Positions 30,444-40,486 are shown, counted from the first letter of the stretch. The stretch is DNA of 64,000 nt from an uncultured Gemmatimonadaceae bacterium (GCA_963817955.1 CAWFQK010000009.1:155973-219972); one strand, 5' to 3'. The notes: a model not told the origin generated them from the sequence alone. Made by a program: numbers and translations.

Positions 30444-31307
30444 TCAGGCGCGATCGCGAAGGGTTGTTGCGGTTTCGCCGGCGAGTCGGTCGCGCAGTGC
30501 GTCACCAAGAAGTGTGCAGGCAAGCACCGTGGCAATCAGTGCCAGGCCGGGTGCGATGGCGACCCACGGTGCCGACACGATGAGGTCGCGGCCACCGGCG
30601 ATCATGTTACCCCAGCTCGGGCGCGGCGGCTGTATGCCGAGACCAAGAAAGGACAGACCGCTCTCGAGCAAAATCGCATTCCCGACGCCGAGCGTCGTCG
30701 CGACGATCGCTGGCCCAAGGGCGTTCGGCAGCGCGTGACGCCAGAGCACTCGGGACGACGTCGCACCGAGGGCAGTCGCCGCGTCCACGTATGATTGTGT
30801 GCGCACGCCGAGCAGTTCTGCGCGGACGAGGCGGGCGACGCCCATCCATCCCGTGGCGACGAGAACCACCACCACTGTTGCGAGGCCTGGACGCCACAGC
30901 GCAGCGCAGACGAGCAGGAGCACCAGCCGCGGCAGTGCGAGCAGGGCGTCGGCAATCGCCATCAGTGCGTGGTCGAGCGCGCCTCCTACCCACGCGCTCA
31001 ACGCGCCGGCTGCGGTGCCGACGGCGCTCGCCAGGAGCGATCCGACGATGCCAACGGCAAGTGATATACGTCCCGCGAGCATCATGCGCACGAACAGGTC
31101 GCGCCCGAACCGATCGGTGCCGAGGAGATGCAGCGTGCCGGACGCGTCGCGTGCACCGGGCGGCAGGAGGCGCAGCGCCAGCACGTCTCCAATGGCCAGG
31201 GGATCCTGTCCGGATAAGAGCGGAACCAGTATGACAAGGAGCACGAGCACCGCGAGCATCAGCGCCGCAACTCGTTCCACCCCTCGCAGACGTCCCAGTG
31301 CGGTCAT
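30444..31307 (-). CDS. Dpp/Opp-type ABC permease (DppC-like)
   Basis: LGTDRFGRD, YVDAATALGA, LSFLGLG, SWGNMI. Confidence 0.9.
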   Translation of the reverse strand: MTALGRLRGVERVAALMLAVLVLLVILVPLLSGQDPLAIGDVLALRLLPPGARDASGTLHLLGTDRFGRDLFVRMMLAGRISLAVGIVGSLLASAVGTAAGALSAWVGGALDHALMAIADALLALPRLVLLLVCAALWRPGLATVVVVLVATGWMGVARLVRAELLGVRTQSYVDAATALGATSSRVLWRHALPNALGPAIVATTLGVGNAILLESGLSFLGLGIQPPRPSWGNMIAGGRDLIVSAPWVAIAPGLALIATVLACTLLGDALRDRLAGETATTLRDRA

Positions 31308-32305
31308 GTCCGGCGGCGTGGATCGATGAGTGGCAGCGCCAGGTCGCCGGCCAGATTCGCCGCGAGCACGAGCGCAGCATACACGGCTGCCGCTCCCATC
31401 ACGAGCGGATAGTCGCGGGCGATGATGGCGTTCACCATCAGCCGGCCCATTCCGGGCCACGCAAACACTGCTTCCACGAAGATGGATCCCGCCACCAATC
31501 CCGGGAGTGACAGGGCGAACAGAACGACGAGGGCGGGCAGCACGGTGGCCAGCACGTGGCGGAAGTACACTCGCGCGTCCGACGCACCCTTCGCGCGTGC
31601 GGTACGCACGAAGTCTTGGGCGAGCACGTCCGCAATGCTCGACCGGGAGTATCGTGCGATTCCGGCCGCACCCACGGACGCGAGAATCGTCACCGGAAGG
31701 ATGGCGTGTCGCACTAAGTCGGCGAGCGCGGCCCCGCCATGGAGGTCGAGCCCCGGTGATCGAATACCGAACGCCGGCAGGCGCAGCCCCTGCGGCAAGC
31801 CCCAAGCAGCCGCACCGTAGGTGAATATTGCCACCAGCGCCAGCGCCAGCCAGAAGCTCGGGGCGGCATAGACGACGGTTGTGAGCGCAGTAAGAACTTG
31901 ATCGAGGGGACGGCCCCGCCGCACTGCCTGCAACATTCCGATCGGTACGCCGATGAGGAACGTGAGCGCAAGCGACGCGGCGCCCAGCCCGATCGAAATC
32001 GGTAGCGCGTCCGCGAGTGCCTGGCGAACGGGTTGATGAAGCGAGAAGCTCTCACCCAGGTTCCCCCGCAGCAATTCGTTGCCCCATCGCACATATTGCA
32101 CGGCGAGCGAGCGATCGAGGCCGAACTCGGCGCGCGCCCGCGCGATGTCGGCCGCCGTCGCCGACGGTGGAACCAGCAAAGTCGCGGCGTCCCCCGGAGC
32201 CAGTCGGATGAGCGCGAAGGTGATCGTGAGCACCAACCAGAGCAGCAACAGCGCGCCGACGAGTCGGCGTAGCACGACAGTGGGATGCACGCTTTGAACC
32301 TGCAT
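31304..32305 (-). CDS. Dpp/Opp-type ABC permease (DppB-like)
   Basis: FGLDRSLAVQY, DFVRTARAKG, EAVFAWPGMG, RDYP; start may be the GTG at 32290. Confidence 0.9.
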   Translation of the reverse strand: MQVQSVHPTVVLRRLVGALLLLWLVLTITFALIRLAPGDAATLLVPPSATAADIARARAEFGLDRSLAVQYVRWGNELLRGNLGESFSLHQPVRQALADALPISIGLGAASLALTFLIGVPIGMLQAVRRGRPLDQVLTALTTVVYAAPSFWLALALVAIFTYGAAAWGLPQGLRLPAFGIRSPGLDLHGGAALADLVRHAILPVTILASVGAAGIARYSRSSIADVLAQDFVRTARAKGASDARVYFRHVLATVLPALVVLFALSLPGLVAGSIFVEAVFAWPGMGRLMVNAIIARDYPLVMGAAAVYAALVLAANLAGDLALPLIDPRRRT

Positions 32306-33892
32306 CGCTGGCTGCGCGTGTCAACTCTGCTCGTCGCGTCGGCGCTTGCAGCGCCGGGGTGTTTCGCCGCTCCGCGCGCTCCCGATACGATCGTGTATGC
32401 GTCCGGTAGCGATCTCGAGTCGGGCAACCCGCTTGTGACCATCCATTCGTTGTCGCGACAGATTCAACGCTTCGCTCTCTTCGTGACGCTGGCGCGCTAC
32501 GACTTGGGCATAGCTCCGACGCCGTATGCCGCCCGGCGCTGGAACTGGTCCGGTGATCGGCGGACGCTGACGCTGCATCTCGTGACGGGCCTCCGGTGGC
32601 ATGACGGTGTGCCGACGACGGCCCGTGACGTCGCGTTCACGCTCGATGCGGCACGCGATCCGGCAACGGGATACTGGCGTGCCTCCGATCTCGCGGGCAT
32701 CGACACCGTGACCGTGCTGAACGATTCGACGGCCGATGTTCACTTTACTGCGCCCCAGCCGGAATTCCCGCTCATCTTCTGCGAGCTTCCCATCATACCG
32801 GAGCACCTGCTCCGTGGAGTGGCGCACCGCGACATGAGGCGAGCGTCCTTCAATCTGGCGCCTGTCGGAAACGGCCCGTTCAAGTTCGTCGAGCGGCGTG
32901 CTGGGGAGCGGTGGGTGTTTCAGCGCAATAGTGATTTCCCCGCCGAGTTGGGCGGGCCTCCGCGCCTGCGAACGCTGGTGGTGAGCGTCGTGGACGAACC
33001 GACCACCAAGTTCGCCGGCTTGGCGAGCGGGGATCTCGACGTCGCGGGAATTGCGCCGAGCATGGCCGCGCTCGCCGCACGCGATCCGTCTCTGCGCGTG
33101 CTCGACTATCCAGTCCTCTTCACGACTGGCTTGGTGTTCAACGTCGCGAAGCCGCCGTTCGATGATGCGCGCGTTCGACGCGCCGTTTCGCTGTCGATCG
33201 ACCGCAACCGGATCGTTCGCGCGGCGCTCGCTGGATACGGTCGTCCGGCGGCGGGACCTGTTCCGCCGGAGAGTCCTCTGGCGTTGCCCGGCGCACCGAT
33301 TCAAGACACGCTGGTTGCCGATTCTCTCTTCGACGCCGCCGGCTGGCGTCGCGGAGCAGACGGCATTCGTGTCAATGGCGCGCGCGTGTTCGATGTGGTT
33401 CTGCTGACGGTGGGAAGTGGCGACAACGCGCTCGAGCAGCTCGTGCAGGCCGATCTCGCGGCTCGTGGAGTGCGCGTCGAAATCCGGCAAGTGGAGCTCG
33501 GCACGTTTCTCAGCGACGCACGCTCGTCACGAAAACCATTTGACGTCCTGGTCGCCGGTATACCGGGAGACGTATCTCTCTCATTCCTCGGGGCCATGTT
33601 CGAGTCGCGGCAAGCCGGAGGTGCGCTCGACTACGCTGGCTACCACTCACCGGCACTCGACCGGTTGTTTGCCGGTGCGCGGGAGGCGACGAGCGACAGC
33701 GCACGCGTTCGTGCCTGGCGCGAGGTGCAGGCATTCCTCGGCCAGGAGATGCCGGTTGCCTGGATCTACCACTCGCGTGGACTAGCGGGCATGTCGGCGA
33801 GACTTCGCAACGTACGTATGGACCTTCGCGGCGAGCTGGCGACGCTTTCGCAGTGGCAGGTCGGACCGCTCCCGCGCGCGACTCCGCAATGA
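32285..33892 (+). CDS. Family-5 (Dpp/Opp) ABC substrate-binding lipoprotein
   Basis: AAPGC lipobox-like, WHDGVPTTARDVAFT, PVGNGPF, PFDDARVRRA. Confidence 0.88.
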   Translation: MHALNLHRWLRVSTLLVASALAAPGCFAAPRAPDTIVYASGSDLESGNPLVTIHSLSRQIQRFALFVTLARYDLGIAPTPYAARRWNWSGDRRTLTLHLVTGLRWHDGVPTTARDVAFTLDAARDPATGYWRASDLAGIDTVTVLNDSTADVHFTAPQPEFPLIFCELPIIPEHLLRGVAHRDMRRASFNLAPVGNGPFKFVERRAGERWVFQRNSDFPAELGGPPRLRTLVVSVVDEPTTKFAGLASGDLDVAGIAPSMAALAARDPSLRVLDYPVLFTTGLVFNVAKPPFDDARVRRAVSLSIDRNRIVRAALAGYGRPAAGPVPPESPLALPGAPIQDTLVADSLFDAAGWRRGADGIRVNGARVFDVVLLTVGSGDNALEQLVQADLAARGVRVEIRQVELGTFLSDARSSRKPFDVLVAGIPGDVSLSFLGAMFESRQAGGALDYAGYHSPALDRLFAGAREATSDSARVRAWREVQAFLGQEMPVAWIYHSRGLAGMSARLRNVRMDLRGELATLSQWQVGPLPRATPQ

Positions 33893-36567
33893 GTCTTCTC
33901 ATAGACGATGCAGGTCTGCTGGCGCGTCGCGCCGCCGCCGCCGGGCCGCTCGAGCCCCTGGCGGCGTCGCTCGCGGCCGATCTCGATGTCGTGCTCGCGC
34001 GGCCCCTGTACATTCCCGCGGAGAAGGCGCTGTTGTCGCGCGAGGGGGGACGCTGCCCGCGCGACGGAACGATGCTGGAGTTCGATCCGTTCGAACCGCA
34101 CGAGCATCGCTGTCCGATCTGTGGCGCCACGTATCGCGGCGATCTGCACGACCGTTGGTGGATCTACTGGTACCAGCTGTGGCTGGCCGAACGCGCCGTA
34201 CATGGCGCCGTGCTTGCCTCGGTCACCGGCCTGAAATGCTATGCGACGTTTGCGGCCGATATCCTGCGCGGCTACGCCGATCGATATGCGTCATATCCCA
34301 ACGTGGACAACGTGCTCGGACCCTCGCGGCTGTTCTTCAGTACCTATCTCGAATCAATCTGGTTGCTGCAAATCTGCGTGGCATGCGATCTGCTCGGGCC
34401 GGCGCACGCTACGCTTGCCGCGCGGGTGCGGAGCGAAATCATTGAGCCGAGCCGGAAGATCATTCTCGAGTACGACGAGGGCGCGTCGAACCGTCAGGTC
34501 TGGAATGACGTTGCGCTGCTCGCGGCCGCGCGCCTGCTCGAGGACCAGCGCGGGGCGGACGCGGCGATGTACGGTGCCTCCGGAATCGTCGCCCATTTGC
34601 GCGGCGGGTTGCTGAGCGACGGCAGTTGGTACGAAGGAGAGAATTACCATCTATTCGCGCATCGCGGCCTCTGGTATGGCGTGACGATGGCCGAGCAGGC
34701 AGGGCTCGAGATTCCGGATGTATTGATCGACCGGTTCCAGCGCGGCTTCACCACGCCCTTCGCCACCGCGTTGCCGGATTTCACGCTTCCGTCGCGCCGT
34801 GACTCGCAGTACGCCATCTCACTGCGCCAATGGCGCATTGCCGAGCATTGCGAGCTTGGGCTTGCACGCGTCGAGGATCGGATACTCATCGGCGCGCTCT
34901 ATCGCATGTATCATGACGATGTCCCGCGCATCGAGACAGGCCGGCGCAATTCCTCTGCCGACGTCGAGCGCAACGCATCTCCATCCGCACTGTCGCGCGC
35001 CGACCTGAGTTGGCGCGGGTTGCTCTGTGCGCGCCCGACGCTGCCGACGCTCACGCCAGCCGCCCAACGCTCCGCACTACTCGACGCTCAAGGTATCGCA
35101 GTCTTTCGCCGTAACGCCGGACAGACGTACGTCGCGCTCGACTACGGACACGGCGGGGGCGGACACGGCCACCCTGATCGTCTCAATCTCCTCGTCGCCG
35201 ACGGTGCGACGCGCTGGCTGGACGACTATGGCACCGGATCGTACGTCGACCCATCGCTGCACTGGTATCGCAGCACGCTGGCGCACAATGCCCCCCTCGT
35301 CGACGGACGTTCGCAGCAACGTACGGACGGTACACTCCTCGCGCACGACGAGCGCGGAGCTGTCGGATGGATCGTTGCCGCCGTTGAAGGGCTGGCGCGG
35401 GCCGCCAACGCGAAGCGGACGGTCGTCGTGATGTCCGAGTATCTCGTGGACGAGCTCGAGTGGGATGCGGACGGACCCGTCACGATTGATCTGCCCGTGC
35501 ACGCCGACCTCGCCTTCGACCAAGGCGTGACGATGCTGCACGCGGCCGAACTGCGTGGAGGGGACGGCAACGAGGATGGGTTTCGCTTCGCGCACGACAC
35601 CGCCGTGCAGCGCGCGACCCGCGGGAGCACGGTGCGCGGAGCTGTGCGCCATAGCAATGGCGCCACGTTGTGCTTCTGGTCCACCTCCAACCGCGATGTC
35701 GAGTGGTGGCACGCCACGGCACCGGGCGCGCCGGGCCACGGCGAACGCGCGTTCCGCGTTGCTCGCATGACGGGCAGCCGCGGGTATTTACGTTCACTCC
35801 TTGCCTGGTCGGTTGACGTCGTGGACGTGGCGTTCGGCGAGGCGTTGCGTGTTGCACTCGCCGATGGGTCGTCGCACGTGCATCGTCGGACCAAGGATAG
35901 TTGGCAGGTTGAATTGCGCGCCGGCGAGGCACGGAGCAGCATCGACCTCCGCGGCGTCGTCTCCGAGACGCCGGCGTTCGTCCCCGATGTCCGCACGCCA
36001 GTGGCTCCGGCCTCAATCTCCATTGATAAGCCGACCATCGTCGCATTGGGCGCAGCGCACTACAGGCGGTCAGAGCAAACGTGGAACGAGGCCGGTGGAC
36101 CGCACGCGACCGTGGAGCTGTCTTCGCGGCGAGGTCGCCTGCATGTGACCGTGGACGTTTCGCCGAGCGAGCGAACGTTCGTGCCCGCCGGCGCCGTGAA
36201 CCTCTTCGACAACGAAGCAGCCGACATCAACGGTGACGGCGTGCAACTATATGTGCGCTCGGGTGACTATCTGGCGGGATGGGTTTTAGTTCCAGAACCG
36301 GACTCGGGGGCTGTCCGTATTCGGACCGTGGAGGGATGGACTGCGCCCGTGGATATTTCTGCGAGTTGGACTCCGTCTGCCACCGGATACCGGATGGAGG
36401 TTGTGCTCGGTGTGATTCCGGACGCGATTGACGTCGTGATCAATGAGAAGCCAGCGGGGCGGCAGCGGCGGCGCGGCCAGCTGGTGCTGAGCGGCGGGGC
36501 GGGCGAGTTCGTGTATCTGCGCGGCGATCGTCACGATGCCGCCCGATTGCTTTCATTAAAACTGTGA
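33889..36567 (+). CDS. Heparinase II/III-like (polysaccharide lyase-like) protein
   Basis: DGSWYEGENYH, GHGHPDRL, DYGTGSY, WYRSTLAHN; N-terminal CPxD..CPxC; ATGA coupling to binding-protein gene. Confidence 0.78.
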   Translation: MSLLIDDAGLLARRAAAAGPLEPLAASLAADLDVVLARPLYIPAEKALLSREGGRCPRDGTMLEFDPFEPHEHRCPICGATYRGDLHDRWWIYWYQLWLAERAVHGAVLASVTGLKCYATFAADILRGYADRYASYPNVDNVLGPSRLFFSTYLESIWLLQICVACDLLGPAHATLAARVRSEIIEPSRKIILEYDEGASNRQVWNDVALLAAARLLEDQRGADAAMYGASGIVAHLRGGLLSDGSWYEGENYHLFAHRGLWYGVTMAEQAGLEIPDVLIDRFQRGFTTPFATALPDFTLPSRRDSQYAISLRQWRIAEHCELGLARVEDRILIGALYRMYHDDVPRIETGRRNSSADVERNASPSALSRADLSWRGLLCARPTLPTLTPAAQRSALLDAQGIAVFRRNAGQTYVALDYGHGGGGHGHPDRLNLLVADGATRWLDDYGTGSYVDPSLHWYRSTLAHNAPLVDGRSQQRTDGTLLAHDERGAVGWIVAAVEGLARAANAKRTVVVMSEYLVDELEWDADGPVTIDLPVHADLAFDQGVTMLHAAELRGGDGNEDGFRFAHDTAVQRATRGSTVRGAVRHSNGATLCFWSTSNRDVEWWHATAPGAPGHGERAFRVARMTGSRGYLRSLLAWSVDVVDVAFGEALRVALADGSSHVHRRTKDSWQVELRAGEARSSIDLRGVVSETPAFVPDVRTPVAPASISIDKPTIVALGAAHYRRSEQTWNEAGGPHATVELSSRRGRLHVTVDVSPSERTFVPAGAVNLFDNEAADINGDGVQLYVRSGDYLAGWVLVPEPDSGAVRIRTVEGWTAPVDISASWTPSATGYRMEVVLGVIPDAIDVVINEKPAGRQRRRGQLVLSGGAGEFVYLRGDRHDAARLLSLKL

Positions 36568-36568
36568 G

Positions 36569-37306
36569 ATGACTGAATCACTGCTGTCCGCCGTCGTCGT
36601 CGTTCTGTACGAGCCGCAGGACCATGTCAACATCGCCGCGACCATTCGAGCGATGAAGAACATGGGCGCGAGCCGCCTTCGACTGGTGCGTCCCGCAGCA
36701 TACGAGGCGGCGCGTCTCGAAGGCATTGCGCACGGCACGATCGATCTCATTCAACGCATCGAGCACGTCGATTCGTTCGATGCGGCGGTGGCCGACTGTG
36801 TGCGCGTCATCGGATTCACCGCCCGCCGCCGTGCTGCCAAGCTGCGCGTCATTGATCCGAAAGTCGCTGCGTCGGAACTGCTCGAGCGCGCACCGGACGG
36901 ACCAGTGGCGATCGTGTTCGGCCGCGAAGACAGCGGCCTGCCAAACGAGATCCTCGACCGCGTTCACGCCACGGCGATCATTCCCACGACGGATCACGCG
37001 TCATTGAATCTGGCGCAGGCCGCACTCATCGCGCTGTACGAGCTTCATCTCGCGGCGGCTGACGCGACACGCACCATCGGACCACCGCGCAAGGACGCGC
37101 CGCCGCCAAAGAACGAAGAGTTCGAGCAGTACTTCGCCGATTTTGAACGGTCGTTGACGGCCATCGAATTCTTCAAGACGCGCTTTCCCGAACATATCAT
37201 GCGTACCATTCGCTCACTCACCTTTCGCGCCGCTCCCAACAGCCGTGAACTGTCGCTCCTGCGTGCAATGGCGATCGAGGTGACGAACTTCATGAAGCGA
37301 CGGTAG
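36569..37306 (+). CDS. SPOUT RNA methyltransferase, TrmJ/LasT-like
   Basis: NIAATIRAMKNMG, VFGREDSGL, SLNLAQA. Confidence 0.88.
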   Translation: MTESLLSAVVVVLYEPQDHVNIAATIRAMKNMGASRLRLVRPAAYEAARLEGIAHGTIDLIQRIEHVDSFDAAVADCVRVIGFTARRRAAKLRVIDPKVAASELLERAPDGPVAIVFGREDSGLPNEILDRVHATAIIPTTDHASLNLAQAALIALYELHLAAADATRTIGPPRKDAPPPKNEEFEQYFADFERSLTAIEFFKTRFPEHIMRTIRSLTFRAAPNSRELSLLRAMAIEVTNFMKRR

Positions 37307-37356
37307 CCGGGCAGCGAACCTAGCCACGGGCAACCAGCAACCACTACCTTGTTCAC

Positions 37357-38691
37357 ATGCCATTTCGCCGATTCTTCGATCGTGGCGCGAAGGATGTCGC
37401 GTCACCAGGGCCCGCCGCGGAGCCCGCCGACGTCGCGGAGGAGGAATCGCCTGAGGAAGGCGAACCCGAGGGGCTCCCTGAGGAGCACGATGATGCGGAT
37501 TGGGGCACACGTGCTCGTGCGGTGCTCCCCACCGGCGCATCGACCGGTAGCAAACGTCGAGAGGCATTGTACGGCAGCGTCGACGCCGCCGGGCCGACGC
37601 ACTTCGCACAGGCCGTTGGGTGTCGTCTGGTCGATCCCGACGGCAACGAGTATCTCGATTGCGGCATGGCCCTCGGATCGGTCGCGCTCGGGTATGCCGA
37701 ACCCAATGTCACACGCGCGGTCGTCGACGCCATCGCCGGCGGCAACGTGTCGGCGCTGTCCAGTTATCGCGAGGTAGACGTCGCCGAGCGGCTGTGCGGC
37801 GTTATTCCGTGTGCCGATAAGGTGCAGTTTCTCAAGACAGGTGCCGAGGCCATGGCCGCGGCGGTACGGATCGCGCGCACCTACACCGCGCGGGACGTCG
37901 TGATCGTGTGCGGGTATTTCGGCTGGCACGACTGGTGTGCGGATGACGCGGCAGGCGTGCCGCAGAGCACGAAGCAACTCACTCGCCGCGTTCCCTTTGA
38001 TGACATCGCGGCGCTCGAGACCGCGGTCGGCGATGTTGGCGCCCAACTCGCGGCGATTGTCATTGAGCCCGTGATCGAACGCCTACCGTCGAAGGAGTGG
38101 ATCTCGCGCGCGAGAGAGCTCGCCACGGCCTCGGGCGCGGTGTTGATCTTTGATGAAATCAAGACCGGGTTCCGTCTGCGCACCGGCGGCTATCAGGCGT
38201 TTGCCGAGATCACGCCCGACCTCGCCGCGTTCGGCAAGGCAATGGCAAACGGATTCCCGCTCGCCGCTGTCGTGGGCGATCGCGACATCATGGACGCCGC
38301 GCGGAAGACCTGGATCTCGTCCACGCTCGCCAGCGAAGGTTCGGCTCTCGCCGCCGCCGCCGCCGTGCTCGCTTGGCATGACTCGGCTGACATCTGTGAA
38401 TCGCTCTGGACGATTGGTGCCGAGATGCGGCAGGCCGTCGCCGCGGCGGCGGAGGCGGCGGGAATCGCCGGAGTGACCGTCGACGGACTGGACCCGATGT
38501 GGCTGCTGCGCTTCGACCGTCCCGAGCGTGAACGGCGCTTCCTCGAACTCGCCGCGTTCCACGGAGTGCTGTTCAAACGTGGCGCGTACAACTACGCGGC
38601 GCTGGCTCACGATGAGGATGCCATTCGGGACATCGAGCGGGGTGCGAGCAGCGCGTTCGTCGACCTGCGTGACGAGGAAGCAGAGCAGTGA
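37357..38691 (+). CDS. Class III PLP aminotransferase (glutamate-1-semialdehyde aminomutase-like)
   Basis: DGNEYLD, KTGAEA, LIFDEIKTGFR, FGKAMANGFP; acidic N-terminal extension. Confidence 0.85.
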   Translation: MPFRRFFDRGAKDVASPGPAAEPADVAEEESPEEGEPEGLPEEHDDADWGTRARAVLPTGASTGSKRREALYGSVDAAGPTHFAQAVGCRLVDPDGNEYLDCGMALGSVALGYAEPNVTRAVVDAIAGGNVSALSSYREVDVAERLCGVIPCADKVQFLKTGAEAMAAAVRIARTYTARDVVIVCGYFGWHDWCADDAAGVPQSTKQLTRRVPFDDIAALETAVGDVGAQLAAIVIEPVIERLPSKEWISRARELATASGAVLIFDEIKTGFRLRTGGYQAFAEITPDLAAFGKAMANGFPLAAVVGDRDIMDAARKTWISSTLASEGSALAAAAAVLAWHDSADICESLWTIGAEMRQAVAAAAEAAGIAGVTVDGLDPMWLLRFDRPERERRFLELAAFHGVLFKRGAYNYAALAHDEDAIRDIERGASSAFVDLRDEEAEQ

Positions 38692-39539
38692 CGGATTCGC
38701 GCGCCGCCGAGCCGCTCGCCGGACGCGAGCCGCTCATCGACGCACATGCGCACTTCTATCATGCCGGCGCGGGGCGTGCCGACTGGGCCGATGTCAACGC
38801 GGCCCGCTTTCGCGCCGGCGACCGCATCGGCATCACCTACCACGTCGCCTCGGTCCTCGGTAGCTACGGCTTTTCGTCGCCTACCTATTTTCCGTCTCCC
38901 GAAGACACGACGCGTGGCAACGACGCGATGCTCGACATCTGCGCCCGCGAGCCGGATCGGGTGCGGATGTTCGTCACCGTGAATCCGAACGATACCCAGC
39001 ATGCACTCGGCGAGATCGAGCGGTGCGTCTCGCGCGGTGCGATCGGCATCAAGCTGCTCGCGAGTCGCCGCGCACACGATCCCTTGCTCGATCCGATAGC
39101 CGAGATTGGCGCCGAGCGAGGACTGCCGGTGTTGCACCACATCTGGCAGCATCGCCAGCGCGAATGGCCGTCGCAAGAGATCTCCGATGGCGTCGATCTT
39201 GCGCGCCTCGCGGCCCGGCACCCGAGTGCGCAGTTCATTCTCGCGCATCTCGGCGGCGGCGGTGATTACCGACACACGCTACCCGCGATCGCGGACTTGC
39301 CGAACATGTTTGCTGACCTATCGGGCAGCGGTGTCGATCGCGGTATGCTCGACGGGGCGCTGGAGGTGCTTGGCGCACAGCGCCTCCTTTGGGGCTGTGA
39401 TGTCACGATCTGCACCGGCCTCGCCAAGCTGCGCGCCCTTGAGGTAATCGGGCTCACTGCCGATGAGATGCGTGATGTTCGGTGGCGGAACGCGGCGCGT
39501 ATCTGTCCGCCGAATAGCTTCCCGCGGGCAACGGGCTAG
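38688..39539 (+). CDS. Amidohydrolase_2 family metallohydrolase
   Basis: IDAHAH, GIKL, PVLHH, ILAHLGGG, LLWGCD. Confidence 0.85.
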   Translation: MTDSRAAEPLAGREPLIDAHAHFYHAGAGRADWADVNAARFRAGDRIGITYHVASVLGSYGFSSPTYFPSPEDTTRGNDAMLDICAREPDRVRMFVTVNPNDTQHALGEIERCVSRGAIGIKLLASRRAHDPLLDPIAEIGAERGLPVLHHIWQHRQREWPSQEISDGVDLARLAARHPSAQFILAHLGGGGDYRHTLPAIADLPNMFADLSGSGVDRGMLDGALEVLGAQRLLWGCDVTICTGLAKLRALEVIGLTADEMRDVRWRNAARICPPNSFPRATG

Positions 39540-39575
39540 GCGCGGGCCAACCGGCAACCACTAACCAGCGACCAG

Positions 39576-40370
39576 ATGATCGACGTCAACACGTTCATCG
39601 GCCCGTATGCCTTCCGGGATATTCCGCATCCCGATCCGGAGGTACTCGTGCGCGTGCTCGATCGCGAGCAAACGGACGAGGCGTGGGTGGGGCATTTGCC
39701 GTCGGTGTTGTATCGCGACCCCACACAGGGCAACGCTGCGCTGTACAAGGCGCTGGCGCCGTTTGCGTCGCGTCTTCGGCCAGTGCCGTGCATTCGGCCT
39801 GATTGGCCCGGCTGGCGGGTGAGTCTGGCCGACGCGCACGACCGCGGCGCGCCAGCTGTACGTGCGTATCCGCCGCAATGGGGAATGAGCGCGGATGTTG
39901 GTGCCGTGCGCGACCTCGCGATCGCCGCGGGGGAGCAGGGAATGGCGCTTCTGCTCACGGTGCGGTTCGAGGATTTGCGGCAACGACATCCGCTCGATGT
40001 CGCGGGCGACCTCAGTGCCGCGGCCATTCGCGCGCTCGCGCGCGCCGGTGACCAGGTACGTATTGTCGTGACGGCAGCCGGGCGTGAGATGATCGAGGAA
40101 GTTCACTGGGGCCTTACGTTGGAGGAACAGCGGCGCGTGTGGTGGGACATCTCCTGGATCTGGGGTCCTCCGGAGGATCACCTGGCGAAACTCTTTCGCA
40201 CAATTGGTGCGGAACGGTTCGTGTTCGGTACTCAATGGCCTTTGCGGCTGACGCAGACGCCGCGTGCGAATCTGGAACTGCTCCCAGACGATGTTTATGG
40301 CGCGCAACTGGCAGAGGCGGGGCTGATAGCTTCGAGTGCATCGCGACCGTCCCAACGTTCGCGAGGATGA
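39576..40370 (+). CDS. Amidohydrolase-fold protein lacking the HxH motif
   Basis: MIDVN start, ERFVFGTQWP; TIM-barrel-like paralog of the preceding gene. Confidence 0.7.
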   Translation: MIDVNTFIGPYAFRDIPHPDPEVLVRVLDREQTDEAWVGHLPSVLYRDPTQGNAALYKALAPFASRLRPVPCIRPDWPGWRVSLADAHDRGAPAVRAYPPQWGMSADVGAVRDLAIAAGEQGMALLLTVRFEDLRQRHPLDVAGDLSAAAIRALARAGDQVRIVVTAAGREMIEEVHWGLTLEEQRRVWWDISWIWGPPEDHLAKLFRTIGAERFVFGTQWPLRLTQTPRANLELLPDDVYGAQLAEAGLIASSASRPSQRSRG

Positions 40371-40486
40371 CTGCTGGGCAGTAGCAGACAAGTGTGTCCG
40401 AATTAATTAGGATTACAGACCGCTGGACGATTCTGCTCCCTTGCAAGTGTTTCTCGTGCTGTTCAGACTCCACGGCCGATGAGTCC

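Noticed and set aside
37357..38691. Assignment as hemL
   Set aside because: Lacks the typical PGGVNSPVR N-terminal motif and has no heme-pathway neighbours; kept as a generic class III aminotransferase.
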